Source of the DNA: the human T2T-CHM13v2.0 reference genome, Homo sapiens
NCBI RefSeq assembly: GCF_009914755.1
Contig: NC_060929.1
Length of the DNA stretch: 64,000 bases
Reading direction: 5' to 3' (one strand)
Part shown: piece by piece, positions 43,721 through 58,269 of the stretch
Numbering within the stretch: the stretch's first letter is position 1
Layout of the letters: the number at the start of each line of letters is the position of its first letter
The notes under the pieces: generated by a model
Seen by the model: only the letters and a program-made list of their open reading frames with translations
Told to the model about the DNA's origin: nothing
The model's database searches: none
Program-made: the position numbers and the translations under genes

Positions 43721-46700
43721 GTGTGGTGTCAGTGAGGCCAACTCTGAAACTGGCTTATTTGTTAAGCACAGTTATCAACATAGAGAATAAATACTTTTCA
43801 TCTAGAGTACTGCATTTTTTCTAACAAATTTTTTATTACAAAAAACTTTAAGCATACAAAAGAATCAAAATAATTGTACAGTGAACACCTGTGTATACCC
43901 ACCACCTAGATTCTGTAGTTAACATTTACTATATTTTCTTTATCATCTCTCCATCAACCCAATTTATTTTTATGCATTTCAAAGTAAGTTAGAGTATGTT
44001 TTAACTTATATTTTTATCATAGTTGCATTGGTTTCTCCTTTATTAAATTCCAAAGCTACTCTCTTGGAAGTTAATAATGCTGTTATATTTAACACTTTTC
44101 TAAATACAGAGATTAGTTCTGTAAAACTCTGACAATTGTGATTTCAAATGTCAATTTTTATGTGTAATACAGTAGTTTAAATATTTTAGGACCCTGATAA
44201 CTTTAATTTTTTCTATTATCTATGTGTATGTTTGCTTAGATTTTCAACTAGCCTTATTCGTATAATTTTCTATTGGTGATTTTTAATCTTTTTCAAGCTG
44301 TGTAACTTTGTGCCCAAACTAGAAAAACTTCATTTCTTTATATTATTTTAAATATATAAATATTTAAATGTGTGTTAAAAATAATATAACCTCTCTATAA
44401 AATATCTATACAGCAGATTTGATTTTTGTTTTGAAGTTACCATGGACTCAGGTTTATATTTTTACAAAGCTATAGTTAACACTCTCCGAGTTTGTGCAAG
44501 GGAAAATAAGTAGGTAAGAAGCAAGCATGCAGTGAACTCTCCCCTCAGCAGTTTAAGGATCCACAGCAAACACTTGGTATATAAAATCAGGAGGATTTCC
44601 AAACTGCTTTTGCAAATCCTGCCTCAGAGAACACGTTTATGTGCATGTTAAATCTTTATGTGTTTCAGAGTCTATGAAAGAAAGAATACTTAGTATCTAT
44701 GTTTCCAAGGGACTTCTTTAAAACTAAAGCTTCAAAAACAAAAGTATACAATTCTTGAAAACTAGTAACTTTATTAAGTAATGTTATTATCATTGAGGCT
44801 GAGAAATTTCCTGGGTGATTAAAATTAAATGCTATATCCTAATTTGTTCTGTGACAACACAAGAGAGATACTCATGAATGAGAAAATGATATACATCTTT
44901 TTATTCCTTTAACACTTGTTTCTTTTATATGACCCACTCCTAGTATTTGTTTCTTTATGCTTAGCTAAAATAAATGGATCCATGAAAGTAGATTGTGTAG
45001 GTTGAAGGGGTGGGAGTCAGGAGCATATTGTGCATATTTTGCTGGTACACTCATTTGTGTGTTCCACTATCAAATGCAGACATCACCACGCTTCAGAGGA
45101 GGGTCCTTGGTCATTTGTCAAATTGATCATCTCAGCAGACTGGTTTTGTATCTAGCACTGTATATCATTTTTGTTTTTTTTCTTTTGGTGAGCAAGTATA
45201 TCCAACTGTAAGCCTAGACATCAAAATATGTATTCAGATTTTGCTAAAGGAATATGTCAGCAGAATGTGTAAAGAAGGTAGACCCTGAGAAATATACTCA
45301 CACAAATATTTAATAATTGCCAGCTTAAATTTAGAATAAAAAATATTTTAATGTTATGGTCCCACCATTTATACTGGAAAGACTACAGAAAAATCTAAGC
45401 CAAACTTGCCCTATGCCTTTATCTTCCTGGTGCTGTATGAAAGCACAGTATGACATACGGTTCTCTTATCAAACTATCCTCCAAACCCAGAAACCCTGGT
45501 GATGTTACCCACCCCCAGGTGGCATTTAGAAGTGTAGATAATGCTGCAGAACAATTGGAGCACAGATATTCTCATCTGCCCATAAATGTTGCCTGCTTTA
45601 GTGAATTAAAAATATGTCCCCAGGAGTGTATAGTTTCACTCAGTGTTGTGAGTCCCCAACAGGAGCATTTTAATGCTTTCATAACTGTGCCTTCCAGACT
45701 TGCATTTCAATTATTTTGCCATTGTAATTTCACTCATAATTGCATTCTAACAGAGTCTTTTTAGACAAGCATTTAAATTGTTTTGCCATTTTCATTTCAT
45801 CGAATAATAGCTTTGTAATATAATTACCACACTAAGTCATAGCAATAGGATCAAAATGCAAGAAAGCAGGATGCATGACCCATGTTTGGTGGCATTTTGA
45901 GGATATAGATTTGCAAAATAATTTCTCATTTGCTACTAAGCATTGTGTCATTTTCCTCAAGGAAGACCAGGAACAAAAATATGGCCCAATTTATGTTTTA
46001 ATTATTTGGGAGATTGAGCCTCTCTTTGTGTTTGCTAAAAGATTGACTTAAAGGTATCTAAGGGCATACAGTGTATGCCTGTATCTGTGTATATAGTCTG
46101 TGTGTATATATAACATTGTTAATTGGGCCAGAAGAAGTTAGAGTAAATATTTAATTATCTAATGATCTGCTCTTTGGAAGAACAAGGGCAGTCACTTTAA
46201 GATAATCTGTTCTCTATTGCCAAAGTCTATTTATTAAGCACTTACTGTGTGTAAAGCACAGTATTGTCACAAGGATAATAGGACAAAAAAGAGAGGCAAG
46301 GTTTCTCTATCCAAGGAAGTTATAGTCTAGTAATGGAGAAATCACAAATGAGTAGATTACCAGTCTAGATACCAAGTGTCAGTAGCCATAAGACAAGTGT
46401 AAATAAAGAGACTTCGAGCAGGGAGAACATGTTACAGGGTAAGGCCCTGACTAAAGCAGTGGAGAGAAGGAATGGATTTCAGAGCTACTCCAGAGGTAGA
46501 GTCAGCAAGGATTTGCTCATTGATTAGCTTCGAGTGGGGAGGAGGGGACCAATTAATGAAAGAATGGCAGTTCATTAAATTAGGTAAGGCAGAATATAGA
46601 TTTTAGCAGGATGGAGAAAGATGAAAATGTTTAGTTTGAGACCCTCTCATTTTGAGGTCCTTGGGGACAATCAAAGAGGAGTGCCAATGGGCTATTCCCC

Positions 46701-48040
46701 ATTTGAGCTGAAATGCCCAGAGATTTGGAAGTCATCTTGTTTAAGACAACACTGCCAATGACCTTAATGAGGGAGAGAATGGTTTCCCGCTGAATACTAT
46801 TTATGGGGCTGGTGGTGGAGGAGGAATCATTAAGGAGGTAGAGGAGAAGCCAGAGAAAGGAGCAGCCAGGAGAAAGGGGAGGTCTGGAACTTGCTGGAAG
46901 AAGGAAGGGATGTATAGCTTTCAGGCGCCGCAGTCTTGCAGTAGAGGCTGGCAATTAAGAGTTATTGGCTGCTGCAGACATCTCTTAAGATGAACACAGT
47001 GAGCACAATAAACACAATGAGCCAGACTAGTAAGTTTTTAAGACTTCTTATTGAATGAAGTGAAAATGTGTCCTGCTGATTTCCAGCCCCTGGTCACAAG
47101 GCAGGCTTTTCCAGGACATCAGGCATTCTCCCTTCCCATTTGCTGTGACTCAGAGTGGATTCTGTGGAAGTGAGCCCTCTGACTTAGCTTCTGTTCAGTG
47201 GTTGTTGAGGGGGGCAGGTATGGTTCTAAGATTACCCCTAGGCAGGAAAGATGTGCAGCCATTTTCAGCTCAGCCCTACCCCGACTCTAGTCCATTAGGG
47301 CAGAACAAGCAGCGTGCTGGCACCTCTTCCCTTGCATCAGAGGGGCTGGCCTCCCACTCACTGGCTTATTTCCTCCTAAGACCCATCCAGTGAAGCAGAG
47401 AAAATGATCATTATTGGTTCAACTGCTTTATTGCTGAGGGTTACAAAGATGAGTGATATTTAGGAACTAAAATATTATCACAGCCAGGTGTTGACTAATA
47501 CAAAATAGATGCAAAGCAACATATTCTAACCCCAAATGTACTTTTATAACTAAACCTGAGCTAATTAATAGTGAAACATCCTGTGCTTCTTTTATCCTTT
47601 TCAAGGCAAATATCAACTGCTACCCCTAATTCCCGTATGCATTGGTAGTTTTCAGGACAGGAGTTTTAGCAGCATAATTGAGACAGGGCCAGATTGCTTT
47701 GGGAAGAAACATGAATGTTGTTGAGAAAAATGGAGACAGCAAGAACATTTCATTTGATAAGCATTAATTGAGTACCAACTCTGAGCCAGGTACCTGGCAA
47801 AGTACATTGAGAGGATATTCTGATTAGTATATTGTGATCTGTGTCATTCAGGAACTTTTTTTTTGTTGTTACAATGTGACAAATACACTTGTGATAAATT
47901 TTAGTGCTTTATGTTTTTTTTTTTCTGTGACAAAGATACTGAATAAAATGCTATAGGATTGCAGAAGAGGGAACTACCAGGCTTACCTTTGGAAACTGAT
48001 GAAAACTCATCTAGGAATTGACATTTAAACAGAGTTTTGA

Positions 48041-48115
48041 ACCATGGCACGTGTATACCTATGTAACAAACCTTCACATTCTGCACATGTATCCCAGAAC
48101 TTAAAATAAAAAATA
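48041..48115 (+). mobile_element. 75-bp L1PA extreme 3'-end insertion inside an L2
   Basis: accatggcacgtgtatacctatgtaacaaaccttcacattctgcacatgtatcccagaacttaaaataaaa; 15-bp TSD taaacagagttttga (48026-48040) / taaacagggttttga (48116-48130). Confidence 0.92.
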
Positions 48116-50220
48116 TAAACAGGGTTTTGAGAGCTGGACAAGAGTTTACCGGGCAGATAAAAGGAAGGATGGCACTTCGGGAAGATGTTATAATTGCCCA
48201 ATAGCCTGGACTTGGTAGGCAATTATGTGAACTTATCTGTGGTAGGCGTAGTAGTGTTGGAGCTGACAGGTCACATTGTGGATATATTGTGAAGACCTTA
48301 ATGCCAAGATAGGGGTTTGGACTTTATCATGAAATCATTAGACCTGTGTTTTAGAAAGCTGCCTCTGGCAGCAGTGTGGAGAGAGAATGAGATGGGAGAG
48401 AGACTTAAAATGTCAAATAGACTTTAAGCCACTTACTTGTGTGACCATTTGCAAGTAATTTAAATTTCTCTGTGCCTCGGTTTTCATAGCTGTACGTTGG
48501 CAATAAGAATACCCAATTAGATTGGGAGGATTGAATGAGATAATATATGTATAACTCTTAGCAAAGCATTGAATATATAGCAAACACTAATAAATGATAG
48601 CTGCTATAATAATTAATAGAAGGGTGAATATCAGTTAGGAGGCTAATGCAATAGCCCAGGCAAAACATGAAGAAATCCCTAACTGTATCAGTTAATAGGG
48701 TGACAGAGGTGTCAGAATCGGAAGCATTTCTGGAAGAGAAATGGAAAAATTTGGTGAATGAGAAAGATAAGCAGGTAGTTGAGGATGATAGCCAAGGCAT
48801 TGGGCAGGTACAGGGAAGGCAGAGCAGATGGGGAGGCTGATGAAGTTCATTTTGGAGGGTGTTAGTCTGGTAGGTAGAAGAGGTCAGGACCAGAATGGCA
48901 GATGTGAGATTCTGAAAAGGGAGGTTTAACCAGAGAACACAGCTAAACAGGAGGCGGACAATGACTAATGAAGGTATCAGACAGCTTAGCAAGGGGTTAG
49001 AGAGTCTTTCGGCCCCAAAATAACTAACAGCCAGAAGTAAATTCCTCTGCATGACACTTTTGTATTTTTTAATTAAAAAAATCATATTACAATCCTCTTA
49101 AATCTCCTGTTTCCCTTCAGAACCAGTAGCCATGTTTAAAATTTGGTCTATGTGCTTCTCTAGACATGCCAATTAGATGTGCTTGTTCTACAGAGCCCTC
49201 TTTGAAGCTGGAGTGGGAGTGGGGAGGAGGGTTGACAGGACCCCTTCTGGCATCCCTTTCCTCTTCTTCATCAGAGCAGACTCAGATTCATCCATTTAGG
49301 TGAGAAAGGATTCCATAGCTAAACAACAAAAAAATTTTAATATCTTATCTGGAATATCAGTGACTTCAGCTGTCACACTAGTGTTACAGGTTCAGTGTTT
49401 GATGAAGTGGTGTTATGAAGTAGCCAGGATGTGTGGGTCATGGCCCAAGGCCCTGAAAGAGAGATTGAGATGGATAAGGTTTGGCTCCTATTACCAGCGG
49501 GAATCATAATATTTCCCAGCTGTTGTTTCCTTTGTGATTTAGGCAAACCCTGTCATTTTAAAGATGAAGATAGGAGACCTAGAGAGCTCGGTTGGCTTGC
49601 CTGATCTGTAGCTGGGTATTAGCTGAGGCAGACTCTGGAACACATATACCAACTCTTAGTCCTATGTTCCTTTCCAGTTCCCTCACGTTTTCATTTAAAG
49701 CACTTTCAATGGGGATAACCCTGAGAAGAACACAAGGCTCTCCATTCTTGGTGAAAATACACCACTCTGGTATGTCAAGCAAGAGAAAGATGATCTGGAA
49801 ATTCACTTTTTGCTTGTGAAGTCCAACAGAGTAATCACCTGTTGAACTTTTCAAAAACCTTAATAGAAGATATCACCTGTTTTTTGTAATTATAAACAGT
49901 ACATAATGGCAAATATATGGTCACAAATGAGAAATTTGATTGCCTCAGAGAATTAACCTATCAAATTAGCCCATAGTGCAAAGTCATCTTAAAGAGGCAG
50001 AGTGACAGAAAAAATAAAGAAAGGGAATGTAAGCCTCATGGGAACCAGGGATTTTGTCTGTTGTTCCCTACTGTATCCTCCTGCCCAGATCAGTGTGTGG
50101 TACATAATAGGATCTCAACAAATATTTGTTGAATGAATGAATGACAGTCTCTGAGATCTTTAACACTTTGAGAACTAACTCAAGATATGAACATATCTAA
50201 AATAAGAATGTACTATTTTG

Positions 50221-50538
<318 letters not shown>

Positions 50539-51239
50539 TCAGTAGAGGAGGAATACCAAAGAGAAAGTCATAGATGCAGATGTTGGCAGTGCCCCTCCAA
50601 ATAGTGCTCAGGGTTGAGGTGCCCTGACCTAAAGATTTAGCCTATCTATCTAGGGGCCACATGTATCTCTATTGTAGGGAAAGATGCATTAGACATCCTT
50701 GGCCTGGGATTTGTGAAGACACGAATGCTGTAGCTAAGACCTCTCATTCTCATTACATGTTCCAAAGCAACTTAAGGATTTCAAATTCAGCTTTCTCTAG
50801 AGCTTGCCCATCAGAAATATGCTGGCCAAAGATTGCCAGTTTTCTTGGGAGTCCTGTTTTTCATTTTAATTGGCCAACTGGCATTCTGTTTTTTTCTATC
50901 AGTCGTGGTGAGGTTGACCATTGGGAGACTGCTTCTAAGAGATAGATCTGTCTTTAGTGTGCTGACATATCGGGTTTCTGAACATATAAGACTGAGGTCC
51001 AAACCAGTCTTGCATCCTGGGAGACCTACTTGGGTGTTCACCTAGTTTCCTGGAGAAATATTCCAACTTCATAGATACTAGGTTTTCTTTAAAACATCTG
51101 CAATATTAGCTAGAGTCAATTGGTATACTGGACGAAAACAGAGCTAGACCAATAATATCAAAGCATTAAAAAGACAATACTTTTACATATAACTGGAATT
51201 TTACTTGACTTTTTTCCATTTTTAGAAGCTCTTGAAAGT

Positions 51240-51339
51240 ATTTTTTTTTTTTTTTTTTTTTTTGAGACAGAGTCTCACTCTGTCGCCCAGGCCGGACTGC
51301 GGACTGCAGTGGCGCAATCTCGGCTCACTGCAAGCTCCG
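51240..51339 (-). mobile_element. 5'-truncated AluYb8/Yb9 (76-bp body + T23 tail)
   Basis: Contains the Yb-diagnostic 7-bp duplication ggactgc-ggactgc (51294-51307); perfect 17-bp TSD tagaagctcttgaaagt at 51223-51239 and 51340-51356. Confidence 0.93.
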
Positions 51340-52905
51340 TAGAAGCTCTTGAAAGTTTTTAAAATATTTCTAAATAATTCTAGAATAAATATAGATATTT
51401 ACAAATCTGGGATATATTTTTGGATAGAAATGGAGTAGTTGTTTTTGTTTTACTTAAAACTTTCCTATCAACTGTACCAAGTCAGACTACTTGGCATTCC
51501 TATATCTTCCATTGATAGCTAGAGTGTTCACTCAACCAAAATTTATTGAGCATCTACTATGTGACAAGCACTATTTGGACTCTAGAAATATAATAGTAAT
51601 AAAACAGAAAATATCTCTGGTAGATCTTGAGCATGTTTTCAGCTTCTCTTTCTGTAGTTTTTACTTGGATGCTGGAATTCCTTGAAATATACAGAATTCA
51701 TTCCTCCCATGCCCCTTTGCTTTGTTTGACCTTCTAGGAAGGGTAGTTTCTTTGAGAGAAGAGCTGGATAGATATGACCTGAAACCCTTATTCCTTTAGG
51801 GATTAACAAAAGGATAAATATTCTGTTGGGATTTCTAGCTGCTTTATTGAGAGATAGCTGGGTCTGAAAACAACAGCTTCAAGTTTCTAAGATTCCCCTT
51901 TGCTAGTTTCATAGACTCTTATTTTCCACTAGACTGCAGGTGGAGTATAGTGACTGGCTCACGGTGCATTGAACCAATCTTTTTAGAGTGTGTCTAACCC
52001 CTGCTCAGTGCTGCCAGGTAGACCAGCATATCCAAGCTGATGACATAGAGGGACACAGAGTTTTTCCTCTTTTAGCTTTATTCCAAATTTGTGATGATTT
52101 GGCATCTGAGTGTGGCCTAAATTTTAAGACCCATAACTTTTTTTCCCTACAAGTGTACACTGCAGACTTTAGGATCAGCAGCTCTATACCCTGCTTGATC
52201 TCTTTGTCCTCAGCATCTATGTGGGTACCTCTCATGGAACTTTATTCTTTGTTGTGTATGCACCCTCTCTCTCTGTTTAGCCTCTCAGGCATCACAGTGA
52301 TCCTAATTGGAGTTAAAAAGTTATTGGCTCATAGAGCACATCCTGTCTACCAACACTAGCAAAATCTTATTTGGATTCATTATTGCAAAATTGGAAAAGA
52401 AGATTCAATAATTTATCGCCATTATGGTCCTGGATCTTATTTCCTCTTGCCTTTCAAATTCTCCTGGGAGGAGAGAGGCTTCTGACATCCGAGTGGAGGT
52501 GGACTGAGCAGCCTGAAAAGACTCTTCCATCCAAAGAGTCGGGTTCACTTTCACAGGACAGGAAATGAACAGAAACTCTCTGCCTCATTCCTGAAACTTG
52601 CCAATAAGTAGCATTCTAAGACGGTGAGAATTTGATAGGAAAATATCCTTCTGCCACCCTGAAGGTCACTGAGGGTTTTCCATAATACAGCTCTGAACCT
52701 GAAGGCAGATTTCTCTATTTCTACACTCTGAATCATTGTATCCCTATATCCTAGAACACTCTAGGATGAGGATTCTGATAGGAATCCTCACTAACGCTGA
52801 GAGCACTGGCCTTACATACATTGATCCAGTCTGAGACTCTACCTAAAGTCACTGGAGAACTTGCCGATGTATTTCAGGTTGGAGAATTTGTTCATGTGGA
52901 CTTCA

Positions 52906-53256
<351 letters not shown>

Positions 53257-54280
53257 TAAATAAGGCAGTTGAATTGTTAATTATCTAACAATTGGATCAA
53301 GCCAAATATAATAATACAGACTCATAGGTTTGATTTCAGATTATCAGTATGCAGTTGCACCCTTTCATGTGAAATCTAACATCCAAGTATTCTCACATAA
53401 ACAAGAGCAAGGGCCTTTAAATGGCCTGAGATTACTGCTGAACACTTCAGTGTAAGAAACTGTTCATCAGATTCATCTTAACGAATTAGTCTGATAAATT
53501 ACTGATTAAGTATTTCTAACACACATATTTGCAAACCAACATTTTTACCCTAAATTTAGAAATTTCTTTTTGGCCTGTAAGATTGTGAGAGAAAAAGTAA
53601 AAGAAGTAAATGAGTGTAGTTCTTACCTTTAATTTCAAAATTGAGGTCTCTAATCAAATTGAAAATGATGAGGAAACAATGAGTTTTTCCAATTAAAAAT
53701 TTTTTTACTGTAAGGAATTTGCTTAAAAATAGAATTTAATGATCTTTAAATTATTTTCACATCTCTCTGTCTTGATTCTGTTTAATGTGCTTATAGTCAT
53801 AACTGCAATTATGTAAATACAGATTAGTTCATCTTTGCTAACTTCACATTATTTCACATAAAGATTTTGGAGAATCAATACAGTGTGTTGTGGGCATCAG
53901 TGAGTATATGGTCATTCATAATTCACTGTTCCAGTCCCTTGCTTAGCCATCTGTTACTGAGCATTTGAATGTATCCAGTTCTTTGCTTATTATATGAAAA
54001 TAATGCTCCAATTAATGTCATTATTAAAATTACTCTTTTGTTTGGGACATTTAGTTGGCATGTTTTCCCCAAAGCAGGAGTGAAAGTTACTAAAGAGTAT
54101 ATGATATTTTAATTTCTTTTTTAAAAACATTAACATAAGTAATACTGAAAGAAGAAAATAATATGGCAAATATTCAATAATTTTGGAAATGCCAGACAAC
54201 ACAGGCCCAGGGAACAGTCAAGGCTGACTAGGAAGTCCTTTGCATATTCTCCAAATATGGTATCTCTTCAACTTTTTCTT

Positions 54281-54573
54281 TTCCTTTTTTTTTGAGACGG
54301 AGTCTTGCTCTGTTGCCAGGCTAGAGTGCAGTGGTGCAATCTCGGCTCACTACTGCAACCTCTGACTCCCTGGTTCAAGCAATTCTCCTGCCTCAGCCTC
54401 CCAAGTAGCTGGGGTTACAGGCACCTGCCACCACACCCGGCTAATTTTTGTATTTTTAGTAGAATGGGGTTTCACCATGTTGGCCAGGATGGTCTCGATA
54501 TCCTGACCTCATGATCCACCTGCCTTGGCCTCCCAAAGTGCTGGGATTACAGGTGTGAGCCACCACGCCTGGC
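54281..54573 (-). mobile_element. AluSc-like element
   Basis: Antisense dimer (ctgttgccaggc, ggccaggatggtctcgat); TSD ctcttcaactttttctt / ctcttcaattttttctt. Confidence 0.93.
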
Positions 54574-57500
54574 TGGCCTCTTCAATTTTTTCTTAAGGAA
54601 ATTGGTTGCAATGATGATGATGAAAAGGCATTAGTGTGCCCAGGGGAAAACATTAGTGGTCAGATGATGAGACACAGAGAGACGATAAAGGTGTCCCATC
54701 TTAGGTACTTACCCTCCAAACACTGAAGTAGCCCCTAATCCCTTACCCCAGAAACGAGTTCATTCTCCCACGTCCAACTCTATGTTAGCATTTCTCAACC
54801 GGAGCCCTAGTAACAGGGACAGGTCTGTGCTGTGTGACACTGTCTCACACATTGCAGGATGTTTACTAGCTGTGGCCTCTGTCCACAAAATGTGAGCAGT
54901 GCTTCCCAGGCATTCCTTAAAACATGTGCCTTACCACACTCCAGACAAGGCCTCTCAAATACATATTTCTACCTGACCCCCAGGAAGCAATAGGATCCAG
55001 GACTCAGGCTCTGGTAGTGGTATTACCACAACAGCAGTGGAGACTGGAGTTCAGTGTGGGGGAAACAGAAGAGTTGTCTCTTGTGCTGGCTTTCTGCCTT
55101 CCTAGTAGTGGTTCTACATCTTCTAGGATTGTGGTTTTAACATCGAGGATCTTCTACTGATCTTGACAATGGTCTTGAATTTTTTCAAACTAACGAATAT
55201 GTATTAGAAAATCAAGCTGGTCATCAACTGAGCCGTTCTTGGAGTTGTAGAGCTTAGAGAGGAAAGGTGATTTAGTGCTCACAGAATCAAAAACCCTAAA
55301 TTTGAAGAAGAGAAAAACTGAAGTCAAATAAAGAGGAAATGATTCACATAGAGGCACATGCCATTACCAGTGAGGTAGGAATAAAAACTTGATGGCCTAA
55401 TTTTCAGACTGGGATTTTCTTCATCCAAAAAGTGCACAATCTCAGTTGGTCGTGGTGGTTACGCAACAATGTGAATGTACTCAACATCACATCATAGTAA
55501 GATGATAAATTTTATGTTCTGTGTGTTTGATACAATTAAAAAAATGCAGTGTTCCTATGCATTTAGGAATGAAGAGCTATTTATCAATATTGGAATATTG
55601 CTTATTTCTGCAATAAAATTTATTTTTTCACTGTAAAGACCGAGCCTGGAAACAGTGAAGCTGACAGCTGAGAAACTGCTGAAAACCCTAACGAAAGCAC
55701 TTTCCAGATCCAACTTACCTTGTGGGGCTGCCATGTAAAATTGTGCAGGTTGTGACCTGCACAAAAGGACCTGGGTTTGTGGAAGGGGTGGGGTTGGAAT
55801 CCAGCCCTTTCACTCACCATTCATCTTGGTTTAGGGCTGCTTTTATTTATCTGGAGGAAAGGATGATCTTTGCTAATTCCTCTTCCTTGAAGGAGCTCCT
55901 TTACGTAATTCATCCACCCAGATGAATCTGCCTTTTCCCAATTCATGTAGAAGTGTCTTCTGTGCCAGGAGGCTCTGTTACTTGATGATCAACTTTAGAC
56001 AGTGGGGAACCTGAGGAGATACAAAAGGAGAAGGGATATAAGAAACCATGACCTTACCCTTCCAAGAACTGAGGGCAGATGCAGAATATTCAGAAGATGA
56101 GAACCTTTTAAAGGGAAAATGTAACTAAAGTGCAAATATAATTCAGTAAATATTCATGTAAGCAGTTACAGTTCTGGATTTTAAGTACAGTCAGATTGAT
56201 AGGAGGTTTTTTTTTTGTTTTTTGTTTTTTTAGCAAATCATGTGTCTAATTAACTTAAAATATTTGGGAAATTCTGAGAAATGAGGGAATTTTGAGTTTA
56301 TAAGTACACTGCATGTTAATGACCCAGAATAATAGAATTGGAGAGAATGGACCATCTTCTCTAGCTGAGGCCCAGGCCCAAGAGAAGAGCTCACACAGAG
56401 CAGAACTAAGCTACAGCCACCAGGGATTTTGTGGGGAAGATTACCTCCATACTGGGAGGGGCCCATGCAATTTGCATCACCATAGCTGCCCTCTCCAGGA
56501 GTTCTTGGGAGAGCAATTCTGTTTAGGTACATAGCAGAAGAGCAAGCTCCTAGAGTGGAAGTTAAAGGGGCTGCTTAATGTTTGGTGTGTACTTTGTGAG
56601 GTTAGGGAGGTAAGATGTTAAAGTCAGATGCTGCTCTACTTAGTATGGGATGTCAATAAGGTACTTACTTCAAAGTAGGTACTGGAACATACCTTTCTTC
56701 TAAGAGACTAAGATTTTGTTGTTGTTCTTCAGAGAAGCATTTGTGGAATATTTCTGTAGTGCTTGAATGGCCAAAGATCAATAAACAAAATAAATTACAG
56801 TCCTGGTGGATTTTAATATTTAAATTTAGATAATTATGATGTCCAAAGAGAAGAGAAAGAGATGCTTTAAGTCATTACCAAAAATATCTTAGTCCTTGAG
56901 AGGGATTTGCTGAACCAAAGTGAGAATGAAGTCTGTGTGTCCCCTTTTCTGCAAAGAAGCTGACGCCACATGATGCAAAGGCCTGCCCTTAACCCAGTTA
57001 ATATGAACATGGCATGGCACCAAAGAGGAGACAGAATCGACAGGGAGAGTCCCAGTTTTAAGCTCCCAAGCAAGATCTTTCAGTGGGGATGGGAGGGGTC
57101 CTTTTACCCTTTCCTAATGACTAAATTAAACCAAATCTACCCAAGTGGCCCCTCCTCTCCTCCTGGGAGATGGTGGTGCCATTGTCAAGATAGGTGGGAC
57201 ACATTTGGGAGAGATTGGGGGAACACAGTTTCACCTTCACATTTAAGAATCCAATTTACTCCTGTGGCCTTGTTTGAACTCTCCTTCCAACACTCATATA
57301 ATAATAATTATATGTCCTTGCCTTCTGTAAGCTCATTTCAGTTGGTGTAGCAAATATATTTCTACCACACACACAAAAATTCTTCTCTTAGGGGTTCATG
57401 TGGAAATGAAAACACAATGTGTTCCACTCCACGTGAAAAGCAAGTGCTGTCTCTGCAGCAAAGTGCTTCCTGACAAGGACTGAGCTGAAGTGTCATGAAG

Positions 57501-57580
57501 CTACTCACCTGGAGGGGGCATCAGCATCTCCTGCCTCTTAAGTCGACCAGGGAAAGCTTGGACAAGAGCAGCCATGTAGG

Positions 57581-58121
57581 TGTTACAGGAAAGGTCCTGA
57601 TCCAGACCCCTAGAGAACGTTCTTGGATGTCGCGCAAGAAAGAATTCAGGGTGACTCCACGGTAAAAGCAAGTTTATTAAGAAAGAAAAGGAATAAAAGA
57701 ATAGCTACTCCATGGACCAGCCCCGAGGGCTGCTGGTTGCCCATTTTTATGGTTATTTCTTGGTGATATGCTAAACAAGGGATGGATTACTCATGCCTCC
57801 CCTTTCTAGACCATATAGGGAAACTTCCTGACATTGCCATGGCCTTTGTAAACTGTCAGGGTGCTGGTGGGAGTGTAGCAGTGAGGATGACCTGAGGTCA
57901 CTCTCGTCACCATCTTGGTTTTGGTGGCTTTTGGCCAGCTTCTTTACTGCAACCTGTTTTATCAGCAAGGTCTTTATGACCTGTATTTTGTACAAACCTC
58001 CTATCTTATCCTGTTACTTAGAATGCCTTAACCTTCTGGGAATGCAGCCCAGTAGGTCTCAGCCTCATTTTACCCAGCTCCTATTCAAGACCGAGTTGCT
58101 CTGGTTCAAATGTCTCTGACA
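57581..58121 (-). mobile_element. MER41 (ERV1) solo LTR, MER41A-type
   Basis: Minus strand begins TGTCAGAGACATTTGAACCAGAGCAACTC...GGCTGAGACCTACTGGGCTGCATTCCCAG and ends ...CCTGTAACA; 4-bp TSD tagg/tggg. Confidence 0.9.
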
Positions 58122-58170
58122 TGGGGGCTAATGACATCAGAACTGGAAAGAAAGATGATAAAGGAATGAG

Positions 58171-58207
<37 letters not shown>

Positions 58208-58269
58208 CAAACAAAACAAGGATACCAAATGGAAAATAAACAAAAAAAAAGTTTTAAAAAGAAAAAAAT

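Noticed and set aside
43715-43824. Last 36 codons of the 229-aa ORF (ECVVSVRPTLK...VLHFF), with AATAAA at 43786
   Set aside because: This is read-through past a strong GTGAGT donor with no SV2 similarity. The AATAAA lies before the stop codon in AT-rich intron, so there is no support for a truncated isoform.
48558-49085. 175-aa minus-strand ORF (also 4425-4877, 23538-24014 and 7690-8115)
   Set aside because: These overlap MIR, L2, L1M or MLT relics, have no recognisable domain or splice structure, and are consistent with chance ORFs.
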